Shown piece after piece: positions 1-8,370 of a stretch of DNA of 49,260 nt (its first letter is position 1; the number at the start of each line of letters is the position of its first letter). Source of the DNA: Bifidobacteriaceae bacterium (lineage in GTDB: Bacteria; Actinomycetota; Actinomycetes; Actinomycetales; WQXJ01); contig JAIRRT010000079.1 of assembly GCA_031255835.1 (NCBI GenBank), positions 1 to 49,260 of the forward strand. Reading direction: 5' to 3'. The notes beneath the pieces are model-generated. The model was not told the DNA's origin. It searched no databases and saw only the letters and a program-made list of their open reading frames with translations. The position numbers were made by a program, and so were the translations under genes.

Positions 1-132
1 AATCGCACCACCCCCCGCCTCACCCAACCCCCAACCTGTGGATAACTCAGACCACCCTGCCCTGAGTCCCCCCCCCCCCAGCACCCCTGTCACCGTCCTC
101 ACCAACCCGCAGCCTGCCATCGTTGTGATGTT

Positions 133-175
133 CGTTTTGGCCGGTATGGCCGTTTTGGCCGGCAAGTGATAGCGT
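133..175 (+). promoter_or_regulatory. Candidate operator plus leaderless promoter of the toxin-antitoxin pair
   Basis: There is a perfect 12-nt direct repeat CGTTTTGGCCGG at 133-144 and 151-162. A TAGCGT hexamer (TANNNT, -10-like) lies at 170-175, 7 nt before the antitoxin ATG at 183. No Shine-Dalgarno sequence is present, which fits a leaderless mRNA. Confidence 0.4.
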
Positions 176-182
176 CTGTGGC

Positions 183-698
183 ATGGATACCACTGCCATT
201 GCTTCTTCGCCGCCCCGGTCCGAGACCGTGCTGCCCCCACACGATGGCGCCACCCTCACATCGCTGAGCGCGTTCGTTGCCGAGCATGAGGATCAGGCAA
301 AGCTGACTGGACCGGACGGCCTGTCAATCGCCCTTCCCCAAGAGGTGTACGAGGTATTGCGCCACGTCATCATGGCAATGTCCCAAGGGTCCGCAGTGAC
401 TGTCGCGCCGGTATCAATGCGGCTGACGACCAGTCAGGCCGCGGACATGCTCGGAATCTCGCGGCCCACGCTGGTCCGATTGCTGGCCGATGGTGCCATA
501 CCGTTCGAACAGCCCAGACGTCATCGTCTGATTCGCCTGGACGATCTCCTGGCATTCCAGAACCGCCGCCGCGCCGACCAGCGGGCAGAGCTGGCCGAGG
601 CCACCCGTCAGGCCGCCGCAGACGGGCTCTACGAGGACCGAATCGAGGACTACGCCAAGCACCTCAAGGCCGCCCGCCGGGACGCTGCAGGAGCCTAA
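183..698 (+). CDS. Helix-turn-helix (excisionase/HTH_17-like) antitoxin of a PIN toxin-antitoxin pair
   Basis: The 171-aa product contains LTTSQAADMLGISRPTLVRLLADGAIPF...RHRLIRLDDLLAF, typical of HTH_17/MerR-like antitoxins. Its stop lies 2 nt before the PIN gene start. Confidence 0.75.
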   Translation: MDTTAIASSPPRSETVLPPHDGATLTSLSAFVAEHEDQAKLTGPDGLSIALPQEVYEVLRHVIMAMSQGSAVTVAPVSMRLTTSQAADMLGISRPTLVRLLADGAIPFEQPRRHRLIRLDDLLAFQNRRRADQRAELAEATRQAAADGLYEDRIEDYAKHLKAARRDAAGA

Positions 699-700
699 TA

Positions 701-1084
701 GTGTTCATTGCCTTCCTCGACGCCAATGTCCTGGTCCCGGCTGCACTGACGGACACCGTCCTGCGAGTTGCCGAAGCAGGAGTATTCCAGCCGCGATGGT
801 CTGACCGTGTGCTGCAAGAAGTCCGCTTGGCTGTGATGGGTCTGCATCCAGATCTTCCCCCAGCCAGGATCGACGCGCGCCTGCGGTCCATGAATAGGTC
901 GTTTCCAGAAGCATGCGTGGATGCCTGGCAGGGGCTCGAGAACGAGCTTGAGTTGCCAGATCAGAATGACCGGCACGTTCTGGCGGCCGCCTGGCTCGCC
1001 AGGGCTGATGTCATCGCCAGCCTCGCCAGCCCACTCGCCATGCAAACCCCTCTCGCCCCTGTCCGATGGCGACTGACCCTGTGA
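701..1084 (+). CDS. PIN-domain (PIN_3-like) toxin, probably 3'-truncated or inactivated
   Basis: The N-terminus FIAFLDANVLV, LQEV and DQNDRHVLAAAWLARADVI match PIN acidic motifs 1-3. After ADVI, the expected VTxNxxDF segment carrying the fourth acidic residue is replaced by 22 unrelated codons. The product is only 127 aa. Confidence 0.6.
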   Translation: MFIAFLDANVLVPAALTDTVLRVAEAGVFQPRWSDRVLQEVRLAVMGLHPDLPPARIDARLRSMNRSFPEACVDAWQGLENELELPDQNDRHVLAAAWLARADVIASLASPLAMQTPLAPVRWRLTL

Positions 1085-1129
1085 TCAAAGTGACCACTTC
1101 GCTGGGTAGGGGTGGGGTGGGGGATTATG

Positions 1130-1299
1130 CTGGGGCGGCACGACAGGGGAGCTGGGCTGCGGTTCGGCTGAGAGTGCGCATCAGCGCAGACCCTCGGAAC
1201 CTGATCCGGGTAACGCCGGCGAAGGAAGTCGAGTTCGTCTCTTTCCGGGCTAGGCGGCCGGGCCCCTTCCGCAAGGCACTTCACGGGAGGAACAGCCGC
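1130..1299 (+). promoter_or_regulatory. TPP (THI-box) riboswitch aptamer (about 1141-1231) plus an SD-sequestering expression platform
   Basis: Aptamer elements seen: GGGGAGC (1146-1152), CUGAGA (1168-1173), ACCC (1190-1193) and GAACCUGAUCCGGGUAACGCCGGCGAAGGAAG (1197-1228), all matching the THI-box consensus. P1 is CGAC 1141-1144 paired with GUCG 1228-1231. CCUUCC (1265-1270) can pair with the SD GGGAGG (1285-1290) ahead of the GTG at 1300. Confidence 0.85.
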
Positions 1300-2994
1300 G
1301 TGATCGCGCACCTACTGCGCTGGGGTACCGCGCGCCCTTGGGGGGTTGGGCGCGGGGTGCTGGTTGGGGTGGGCGCGGTGGCTGTCTGCGGGTTTTTCGG
1401 GGTGTTGTTCGCTTGGCCGGTGGCGGCGATGATCGCTCGCGGCTTCACCAGCGCAGGGCACCTGGACCTGTCCGGGTTTGCCGAGGTGTTTGGCCGGCCG
1501 CGGACGTGGCGCGTGATCGCACAGACCATTGGACAGGCCAGCGCCGCCACGGTGTGCGTTGGCCTGCTCGGACTGCCGGCCGCCCACCTGCTTTACCGGC
1601 GTCGGTTTGCTGGGCGTGGCGCCCTGAGGCTGCTGTTCACCGTGCCGTTTGTGCTGCCGGCCGTGGTGGTGGCCGTCGCCTTCCGCTCGCTGATAGGCCC
1701 ATCTGGACCGCTCGGCGCCCTCGGCATAGACCGGACGATGACGGCCGTTGTGGCTGCGCTGGTGTTCTTCAACCTTGGTCTGTTCATCCGTTCGGTCGGG
1801 ACGGTGTGGGCGGGCCTTGACCCCCGCCCCGCGCAGGCCGCCCGAACCCTGGGCGCCAGCAGCCGCCGGGTCTGGTGGACAGTGACGATGCCGGCCCTCG
1901 CCCCCGCCATGGCGGCGTCCGGATCCCTGGTTTTCCTGTTCAGCGCGACGGCCTTTGGCACGGTGCTGATTCTGGGCGGCGCGCGCACCGGCACAATCGA
2001 GACCGAGATCTGGGTCCAAACCACCCAGCTGCTCAACCTGCGGGCCGCCGCCGTCTTGTCGATTGTCCAGCTGGCCGTGGTTGCAGGCGTGCTGATTGTC
2101 GCGGCCCGCGCCAGGCGGCGGCGCGAGCTTTCGGCTCACCTGTCCGTCCAGGCAGCACCTGGCCGCCTTCCCCGGTTGGGGCGGGCCGATGCCGGACCGC
2201 TGGTTGTGACCGGAATCGCCGCCCTGGGGATAGCCGGGCCCCTCGCAACACTGATAGTTCGATCACTGCGCACGCCCGGCGGCTGGGGGCTGGACAACTA
2301 CGCCCGGCTGGCCGTCTCGGGTCACACCTCTGGATTGCCAACGTCCCTGCTCGATGCCACCTGGACCTCGGTGCGTGTTGCTGCCTGCGCAACGCTGATC
2401 GCGCTGATCATCGGCTCGCTCCTGGCCAGCGCTCTTGCCCGGCGTCCGCGCAGCGCAACGGGCCGGCGGGCAGCGAATCTGCTCGACGCCCTGGCGATGG
2501 CACCGCTCGGCGTATCTGGCGTGACAGTCGGGTTCGGCTTCCTGATCGCGTTGAACCGGCCGCCGTTCGATCTTCGCGGCTCAGCGGTGATGGTGCCGCT
2601 CGCCCAGGCTGTGGTGGCCGCGCCGATTGTGGTCCGGGCACTCCTGCCGGTGCTGCGCGGCATAGATCCGCGCCAACGCGAGGCGGCGGCAGCGCTGGGG
2701 GCCGGGCCGGCCCGGGTTGCAGCGACCATCGATCTGCCGGTTGCCGGGCGAGCGTTGGGACTGGCTGCCGGGCTGGCTTTCGCCGTGGCCATGGGCGAGT
2801 TTGGCGCCACCGCCTTCCTGGCCAGACCCGAGACGGCCACCCTGCCAGTGGCCGTGTTCCGGCTGCTGGACAGGCCCGGGCTGGACAACTTCGGCACAGC
2901 CCTGGCCGGCTGCGTGCTGCTGGCGGCCGTCACCGCTGCCGCAGTGATGCTGGCCGAGCGGTCCCGCCCCCCAACCGCAGGAGCCGACCTATGA
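1300..2994 (+). CDS. ABC transporter permease with two fused permease domains (ThiP/FbpB family); thiamine-related given the upstream riboswitch
   Basis: About 564 aa and very hydrophobic, with two tandem MetI-like halves. The start is placed at the in-frame GTG 1300, 9 nt after GGGAGG. The ORF-track start at 1066 would read through the riboswitch. Confidence 0.8.
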   Translation: MIAHLLRWGTARPWGVGRGVLVGVGAVAVCGFFGVLFAWPVAAMIARGFTSAGHLDLSGFAEVFGRPRTWRVIAQTIGQASAATVCVGLLGLPAAHLLYRRRFAGRGALRLLFTVPFVLPAVVVAVAFRSLIGPSGPLGALGIDRTMTAVVAALVFFNLGLFIRSVGTVWAGLDPRPAQAARTLGASSRRVWWTVTMPALAPAMAASGSLVFLFSATAFGTVLILGGARTGTIETEIWVQTTQLLNLRAAAVLSIVQLAVVAGVLIVAARARRRRELSAHLSVQAAPGRLPRLGRADAGPLVVTGIAALGIAGPLATLIVRSLRTPGGWGLDNYARLAVSGHTSGLPTSLLDATWTSVRVAACATLIALIIGSLLASALARRPRSATGRRAANLLDALAMAPLGVSGVTVGFGFLIALNRPPFDLRGSAVMVPLAQAVVAAPIVVRALLPVLRGIDPRQREAAAALGAGPARVAATIDLPVAGRALGLAAGLAFAVAMGEFGATAFLARPETATLPVAVFRLLDRPGLDNFGTALAGCVLLAAVTAAAVMLAERSRPPTAGADL

Positions 2995-4094
2995 GCGAAC
3001 CAAGCCCCGCCAACCCCGCGCCCACCGGCCGCGGCCTGGACGTACGCGGCGTGACTGTGCGGTTCGGGCAGGCGCTCGCGGTGGACGGCGCGTCGCTTCA
3101 GATGGACCCGGGGCAGGTGCTTGCCGTGCTCGGACCATCCGGAAGCGGCAAGTCCACGTTGCTGCGCGTCATCGTCGGATTGGAGAGCGGGGAGGGCGGG
3201 CAGGTTAGGTGGGATGGCCAGGACATGGTGGGCGTCCCCGTCCACAAGCGCGGGTTCGGGCTGCTGTTTCAGGACGCCCAACTGTTTGCGCACCTCAACG
3301 TGGCCGCCAACGTGGCGTATGGACTGCCGCGCGGCCCGGACCGCCGCGAGCGCACGGCCGCCATGCTGCGGCTGGTGGACCTGCCCGGATTCGACCGCCG
3401 GGACGTGCGCACCCTGTCCGGCGGCGAGCAGCAGCGGGTTGCACTGGCGCGGGCGCTCGCCCCCAGGCCCCGACTGCTGCTGCTGGATGAGCCGCTGTCC
3501 GGGCTGGATGCCAGCCTGCGCCGCCACCTGGCCAGCCAGATCCGCCAAATCCTGGCCGCCGAGCATGTGACAGCGATCTTCGTGACCCATGACCAAGACG
3601 AGGCATTCGCCATCGCTGATCACGTGGCGGTCATGCTGGATGGGCGGATCGCCCAACTCGACCAGGCAACCACGCTGTGGCACTACCCGGCCAGCGAGCA
3701 GGTTGCCCGCTTTCTGGGATGCCGCTGGTTCACAAAAGGTCGCCTATCTCACACCGACGGTGTAGCCCGTCCCCTTGTGCACACCGAGTTCGGCTCTGTC
3801 CTGCTGCCGGGTTGGCCGGCCGGGCCACCGCCCGGCACACAGGTGCAGGTCGGATTGCGGCCCGGCACACTGACCGTTGCAGAATCTAACCCGAGTCTTG
3901 CAAACGCGCAGGTCAAAGCGACAACCTCGGGGGCTATGGCCTGCATCCCAATCGGCAAACTCGGCCCAATCGAGGTCCGCGTGCGCCCCAAATCCGGCGG
4001 CGATGAAGCCGACTTCACCCTCGATCCGGCCACGGTAGCCGTCATCGCCGGCCGTGTGGAGGGGTCGGGTGGACAGACCGCGACCGGCACGTGA
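2991..4094 (+). CDS. ABC transporter ATP-binding protein with a C-terminal TOBE-like extension
   Basis: Walker A GPSGSGKST, signature LSGGEQQRV and Walker B LLLLDEP are present. ATG 2991 overlaps the permease stop (ATGA) and is preceded by AGGAG. The in-frame extension back to 1875 is rejected. Confidence 0.9.
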   Translation: MSEPSPANPAPTGRGLDVRGVTVRFGQALAVDGASLQMDPGQVLAVLGPSGSGKSTLLRVIVGLESGEGGQVRWDGQDMVGVPVHKRGFGLLFQDAQLFAHLNVAANVAYGLPRGPDRRERTAAMLRLVDLPGFDRRDVRTLSGGEQQRVALARALAPRPRLLLLDEPLSGLDASLRRHLASQIRQILAAEHVTAIFVTHDQDEAFAIADHVAVMLDGRIAQLDQATTLWHYPASEQVARFLGCRWFTKGRLSHTDGVARPLVHTEFGSVLLPGWPAGPPPGTQVQVGLRPGTLTVAESNPSLANAQVKATTSGAMACIPIGKLGPIEVRVRPKSGGDEADFTLDPATVAVIAGRVEGSGGQTATGT

Positions 4095-4145
4095 GACGTC
4101 CACCTGCGGGAAGGCGCGCTCCGGCTGGGGCGTCAACAATGTGAT

Positions 4146-4163
4146 GCGGGCAGTCTTGCCCGC
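4146..4163 (+). terminator. Stem-loop GCGGGCA-GTCT-TGCCCGC downstream of the ABC operon
   Basis: Perfect 7-bp GC-rich stem with a 4-nt loop, about 50 nt after the ATPase stop. It has no U-tract, as is common in actinobacteria. Confidence 0.45.
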
Positions 4164-4214
4164 CTCACGGCACGGGGCGCGCATTTTCGGGGAACGTAAG
4201 AATTTTGCACGGAA

Positions 4215-4298
4215 CTTTAGCTAGGTCGACTCAACTTTGCGCCCCGTGCCTTGACAAGACGCCTGCTCGGCACCAAACTTGAGCGGAACACACTCAAC
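4215..4298 (+). promoter_or_regulatory. dnaK promoter flanked or overlapped by two HAIR (HspR-associated inverted repeat) operators
   Basis: HAIR2 is CTTGAGC-N7-ACTCAAC at 4278-4298 (consensus CTTGAGT-N7-ACTCAAG). A weaker HAIR1, CTTTAGC-N7-ACTCAAC, lies at 4215-4235. TTGACA (-35) is at 4251-4256 and CAAACT (-10-like) follows 17 nt later. Confidence 0.8.
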
Positions 4299-4404
4299 TT
4301 TGCCGTGGGACGCCATCGGCGGCTTCTTAGCGCGTCTCGTTCGAACTCGTGCGAGTAGCTGGCCAACGCTGACCCCCGGCTGACACAACTAGCAGGAGGA
4401 ACAC

Positions 4405-6252
4405 ATGGCCAAGGCCGTCGGCATCGATCTGGGAACCACCAACTCGGTGGTCGCCACTTTGGAAGGTGGAGAACCCACAGTCATCCCCAACGCAGAGGGG
4501 CAGCGCACCACACCGTCAGTGGTGGCGTTCTCCAAGAGCGGCGAGGTGCTTGTTGGTGAGATCGCCAAACGGCAAGCGGTCACCAACGTTGACCGCACGG
4601 TTTCTTCAGTCAAGCGGCACATGGGAACGGACTGGACCGTCGACATTGATGGCAAGCGGTACACCGCCCAGGAGATCTCGGCCCGCATCCTGACCAAGCT
4701 CAAGACTGACGCCGAGGCCTATCTGGGTGACAAGATCACCGAGGCCGTCATCACCGTGCCGGCCTACTTCAACGATGCCCAGCGCCAGGCCACCAAGGAG
4801 GCGGGCGAGATTGCCGGGCTGAAGGTGCTGCGGATTGTCAACGAGCCAACCGCCGCCGCGCTCGCCTATGGGCTGGACAAGTCCAAGCAGGATGAGCTGA
4901 TCTTGGTTTTCGACTTGGGCGGCGGCACGTTTGACGTCTCCCTGCTCGAGGTGGGCAAGGAGGAGGACGGCTTCTCGACCATCCAGGTCCGCGCCACCTC
5001 CGGTGACAACAAGCTGGGCGGCGATGACTGGGACGCCCGGATTGTCGATTGGCTGGTTGCAGAGGTCAAGAAGGCCAATGGCGTGGACCTGTCCAAGGAC
5101 AAGATCGCGTTGCAGCGCCTGCGCGAGGCATCTGAGCAGGCCAAGAAGGAACTGTCCACAGCGATGAGCACCACCATCTCGCTGCAGTACCTATCGATGA
5201 CGGAGAACGGACCAATCCACCTGGACGTCAAGCTCACCCGCGCCCAGTTCGAGGAAATGACCCGTGACCTGCTTGACCGCACCCGCCGCCCCTTCGAATC
5301 AGTCATCGCCGATGCCGGAATCAAGGTTGCGGACATCGATCACGTCATCCTGGTGGGCGGCTCTACCCGCATGCCCGCAGTCAGCGACATGGTCAAGACC
5401 CTCACCGGCGGAAAAGAGCCCAACAAGGGTGTCAACCCGGACGAGGTAGTGGCCATCGGCGCGGCCCTGCAGGCTGGCGTGATCATGGGCGAGCGCAAGG
5501 ACGTGCTGTTGATCGACGTCACGCCGCTCTCGCTCGGCATCGAGACCAAGGGCGGCGTCATGACAAAGCTCATTGAGCGCAACACCGCCATCCCGACCAA
5601 ACGCTCGGAGGTCTTCTCCACGGCGGAGGACAACCAGCCATCGGTGCTCATCCAGGTCTACCAGGGAGAACGCGACTTTGCGCGCGACAACAAGGCGCTG
5701 GGCACGTTCGAGTTGACCGGCATCGCCCCTGCTCCACGAGGCATCCCACAGATTGAGGTGACGTTCGATATCGATGCGAACGGCATCGTCCATGTCTCTG
5801 CCAAGGACCGCGGCACCGGCAAGGAGCAGTCCATGACCATCACCGGCGGCTCTGCCTTGCCAAAGGATGAGATCGACAGGATGGTGCGCGATGCCGAGGC
5901 GCACGCCGCGGAGGACCGCACCCGCCGCGAGGAGGCCGAGGTCCGCAACAGCGCCGAGGCGATGGTCTATTCGACCGAGAAGGCGCTGCGCGAGAACGAG
6001 GAGAAGCTGCCTGAGGACATCAAGTCCGAGGTAGGCAAGCAGATCGCGGATCTCAAGACCGCCCTTGAGGGCACCGACCTCGATCAGGTCAAAGCAAAGC
6101 AGACCGCCTTGGCGGAAGGCGCGCAGCGGATTGGGCAGGCTGTTTACGCTCAGTCCACCGAACAGGCTGCCACACCTGAGCCGGAGAGCACGCCGTCCAG
6201 CGACGAGGACATTGTCGACGCCGAGATCATCGACGAGGACGAGGCCCAGTGA
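4405..6252 (+). CDS. dnaK: Molecular chaperone DnaK (Hsp70)
   Basis: [22 protein letters not shown] and [11 protein letters not shown] motifs are present across the full 615 aa. AGGAGG lies upstream. Confidence 0.99.
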   Translation: MAKAVGIDLGTTNSVVATLEGGEPTVIPNAEGQRTTPSVVAFSKSGEVLVGEIAKRQAVTNVDRTVSSVKRHMGTDWTVDIDGKRYTAQEISARILTKLKTDAEAYLGDKITEAVITVPAYFNDAQRQATKEAGEIAGLKVLRIVNEPTAAALAYGLDKSKQDELILVFDLGGGTFDVSLLEVGKEEDGFSTIQVRATSGDNKLGGDDWDARIVDWLVAEVKKANGVDLSKDKIALQRLREASEQAKKELSTAMSTTISLQYLSMTENGPIHLDVKLTRAQFEEMTRDLLDRTRRPFESVIADAGIKVADIDHVILVGGSTRMPAVSDMVKTLTGGKEPNKGVNPDEVVAIGAALQAGVIMGERKDVLLIDVTPLSLGIETKGGVMTKLIERNTAIPTKRSEVFSTAEDNQPSVLIQVYQGERDFARDNKALGTFELTGIAPAPRGIPQIEVTFDIDANGIVHVSAKDRGTGKEQSMTITGGSALPKDEIDRMVRDAEAHAAEDRTRREEAEVRNSAEAMVYSTEKALRENEEKLPEDIKSEVGKQIADLKTALEGTDLDQVKAKQTALAEGAQRIGQAVYAQSTEQAATPEPESTPSSDEDIVDAEIIDEDEAQ

Positions 6253-6836
6253 GCGGCACTCCGAAGGGCCACGATCCGGCTCCGGACCCCGGCAAGGATG
6301 AACTCGATGAGGCGATCGAAACCAGCCAAACCGAGCTGCCAGCCGCCGAGTTGGAGGGCGATGCCGTCATAGCGGCGGCCGAGTTGATCACGGCCAGGGC
6401 GGAGTTGGCTGAGCGGACCCAAGACCTCCAGCGGGTCCAGGCTGACTACGTCAACTACCGAAAGCGGGTTGACCGCGACCGGGCTGTGGCCGGCGAGCTG
6501 GGCCGCGGGGAGGTGCTTGCGGCGCTTATCTCGGTGCTGGATGACATCGACGCGGCCAGGACGGCTGGCGAGCTGACCGGGCCGTTCGCGGCCGTGGCCG
6601 AGAAGCTTGAGGCCACCACCGGGAGGTTCGGCATGGAGCGCTACGGCGAGGTCGGTGACGCCTTCGATCCGACAATCCATGAGGCACTGATGCACGAGGT
6701 CTCACCCGAGCCCCCTGCTGGCGCCTCAGAGGAGTCCGATGCCGGCCCGACAGTCTCGCTTGTCATGCAGCCTGGCTATCGGATTGGCCAGCGGGTCATC
6801 CGAGCCGCGCGGGTCGGCGTGGTCGAGGCCGGCTGA
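6249..6836 (+). CDS. grpE: Nucleotide exchange factor GrpE
   Basis: The GTG start overlaps the dnaK stop (GTGA). [18 protein letters not shown] is typical of GrpE, and the gene sits in the operon position. Confidence 0.95.
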   Translation: MSGTPKGHDPAPDPGKDELDEAIETSQTELPAAELEGDAVIAAAELITARAELAERTQDLQRVQADYVNYRKRVDRDRAVAGELGRGEVLAALISVLDDIDAARTAGELTGPFAAVAEKLEATTGRFGMERYGEVGDAFDPTIHEALMHEVSPEPPAGASEESDAGPTVSLVMQPGYRIGQRVIRAARVGVVEAG

Positions 6837-6872
6837 TGCGAACAGGCCAGCTCGGCGCGAAAGGTCGGTGAT

Positions 6873-7868
6873 ATGGCCGGTCAAGACTGGTTTGAGAAGG
6901 ACTTCTACAAGACCCTCGGCGTGCCAAAGGACGCTGATGAGGGCGCCATAAAGAAGGCCTACAGGCGCCTTGCCCGCAAGCTGCACCCGGACGCCAATCC
7001 GGACAATGCCGCAGCTGAGGAGCGTTTCAAGGACGTCGGTGAAGCCTATGCCGTCCTGTCCGATCCACAGCAGCGCCAGCAGTATGACGCCGTCAGGGCG
7101 ATGGCCGGCGGCGGCGCCCGGTTCTCCGCCGGGCCAGGTGGGGCTGGCGGCGCCGGCGGGTTTGAGGATGTCTTCTCAGGGATGTTCGGAGGTCAGCGAG
7201 TTCGCTACTCCAGCTCCGCCGGCGGGATCGACCTGGATGATCTGCTGTCCGGACTCGGCGGCATGGGCGGCAGGCCCGGGCGGGGCGGTTTTGGTGCCTA
7301 CCCAGGCGGGCCGAGCGCCATGTCCGGAAGGGATGTTCCGGCATCGGCCACGTTGCCGTTCCGCCAGGCTGCCGAGGGCGCCACGGTGTCACTCAGCGTG
7401 AGCGGGCGCACCGTCAACACTCGCATTCCGCCTGGTGTCAGCGATGGCGCCAAGATCCGGATCAAGGGCAAGGGCGAGCCAGGCCCGGCCGGCGGCAACC
7501 CGGGGGACATCATCCTGACCGTCCACGTCACGCCGCATCCGGTGTTTGCCCTCGACGGCAAGAACCTGCGGCTGACCGTGCCTGTTACGTTTGCCGAGGC
7601 CGCCCTGGGCGCCCGCATCGAAGTGCCCACGCTCGATGGCGCAAAGGTGTCGGTCAAGGTGCCGGCCGGGACGCCATCGGGCAGGGTCTTGCGGGCAAAG
7701 GGTCGCGGCATCGCCACCGCGAAGGGAACTGGCGACATGCTGATCACCATCCAGGTGGCTGTGCCGTCCCGGCTGTCTGGCGAGGCCAAGCAGGCGGTCG
7801 AGGCTTTCCGCGAGGCAACCGCGAACGAATCAGTCCGAGCGGACCTGTTCCGCCAGGCGGCCACGTAG
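6873..7868 (+). CDS. dnaJ: J-domain co-chaperone DnaJ, a class B-like form without a zinc finger
   Basis: The J domain (DFYKTLGV...HPD) and a G/F-rich linker are present. The 331-aa product contains no Cys residues, so it has no CxxCxGxG repeats. Confidence 0.9.
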   Translation: MAGQDWFEKDFYKTLGVPKDADEGAIKKAYRRLARKLHPDANPDNAAAEERFKDVGEAYAVLSDPQQRQQYDAVRAMAGGGARFSAGPGGAGGAGGFEDVFSGMFGGQRVRYSSSAGGIDLDDLLSGLGGMGGRPGRGGFGAYPGGPSAMSGRDVPASATLPFRQAAEGATVSLSVSGRTVNTRIPPGVSDGAKIRIKGKGEPGPAGGNPGDIILTVHVTPHPVFALDGKNLRLTVPVTFAEAALGARIEVPTLDGAKVSVKVPAGTPSGRVLRAKGRGIATAKGTGDMLITIQVAVPSRLSGEAKQAVEAFREATANESVRADLFRQAAT

Positions 7869-7881
7869 GAGCGGCGGGTAG

Positions 7882-8310
7882 ATGAGCGACGCCGGCTGGC
7901 AGGAGGACGCACCGATCTACGCGATCTCGGTGGCGGCTCGGTTGGCGGCGATGCACCCGCAAACCCTGCGCCAGTACGACAGGCTCGGCCTCGTGGTGCC
8001 CGGGCGGACGCGAGGCCGGGGCCGGCGCTACTCCCTCCGCGACATCGAGATACTGCGCGAGGTCCAGCGGCTGTCGGCTCAGGACGGCGTCAATTTGGCC
8101 GGGATCAAACGCATCCTCGAACTCGAGACCGAGAACCGTGCGCTGCGCCGGCTGGTTGAACGTCTCAGCGCCCAGGTCGAGGCCGACAGCCGCTTCTTCG
8201 CGGTAGGCCCCTCCGGCGAGGCCACCCCAGTGCCGCAAGGTGGCCGCCCGGCGCCCCCGCGCCGCCCACCAGGTACCTCAAGAGCCATAGTTGTCTGGCG
8301 CCCCCGCTAG
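7882..8310 (+). CDS. hspR: MerR-family heat-shock repressor HspR
   Basis: MerR HTH (YAISVAARLAAMHPQTLRQYDRLGLV). It is the last gene of the dnaK operon, and HAIR sites lie upstream. Confidence 0.92.
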   Translation: MSDAGWQEDAPIYAISVAARLAAMHPQTLRQYDRLGLVVPGRTRGRGRRYSLRDIEILREVQRLSAQDGVNLAGIKRILELETENRALRRLVERLSAQVEADSRFFAVGPSGEATPVPQGGRPAPPRRPPGTSRAIVVWRPR

Positions 8311-8334
8311 ACGGGGTGAGTTGGGGTTGGCTGA

Positions 8335-8362
8335 AGCCGGTCGGGTCCCGTCAGGGCCGGCT
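8335..8362. terminator. Possible bidirectional hairpin between the convergent hspR and the Pro/Ala-rich protein gene
   Basis: AGCCGG...CCGGCT forms the outer stem around a GGG..CC(C) inner pairing. The region also contains the direct repeat GGGTYCCGTCAGGG twice. Confidence 0.3.
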
Positions 8363-8370
8363 GGGTTCCG

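Noticed and set aside
37-45. TGTGGATAA, a perfect DnaA-box 9-mer
   Set aside because: It is a single isolated box with no cluster, no AT-rich unwinding element and no dnaA/dnaN context, so it is not an origin.
1066-1299. N-terminal extension of the permease ORF; likewise 1875-2990 for the ATPase, 11302-11436 for serS, 11047-11358 for the lipid kinase and 9853-9936 for the Pro/Ala-rich protein
   Set aside because: The extensions cover a riboswitch or neighbouring genes, lack homology, and better-supported internal starts with RBS exist.
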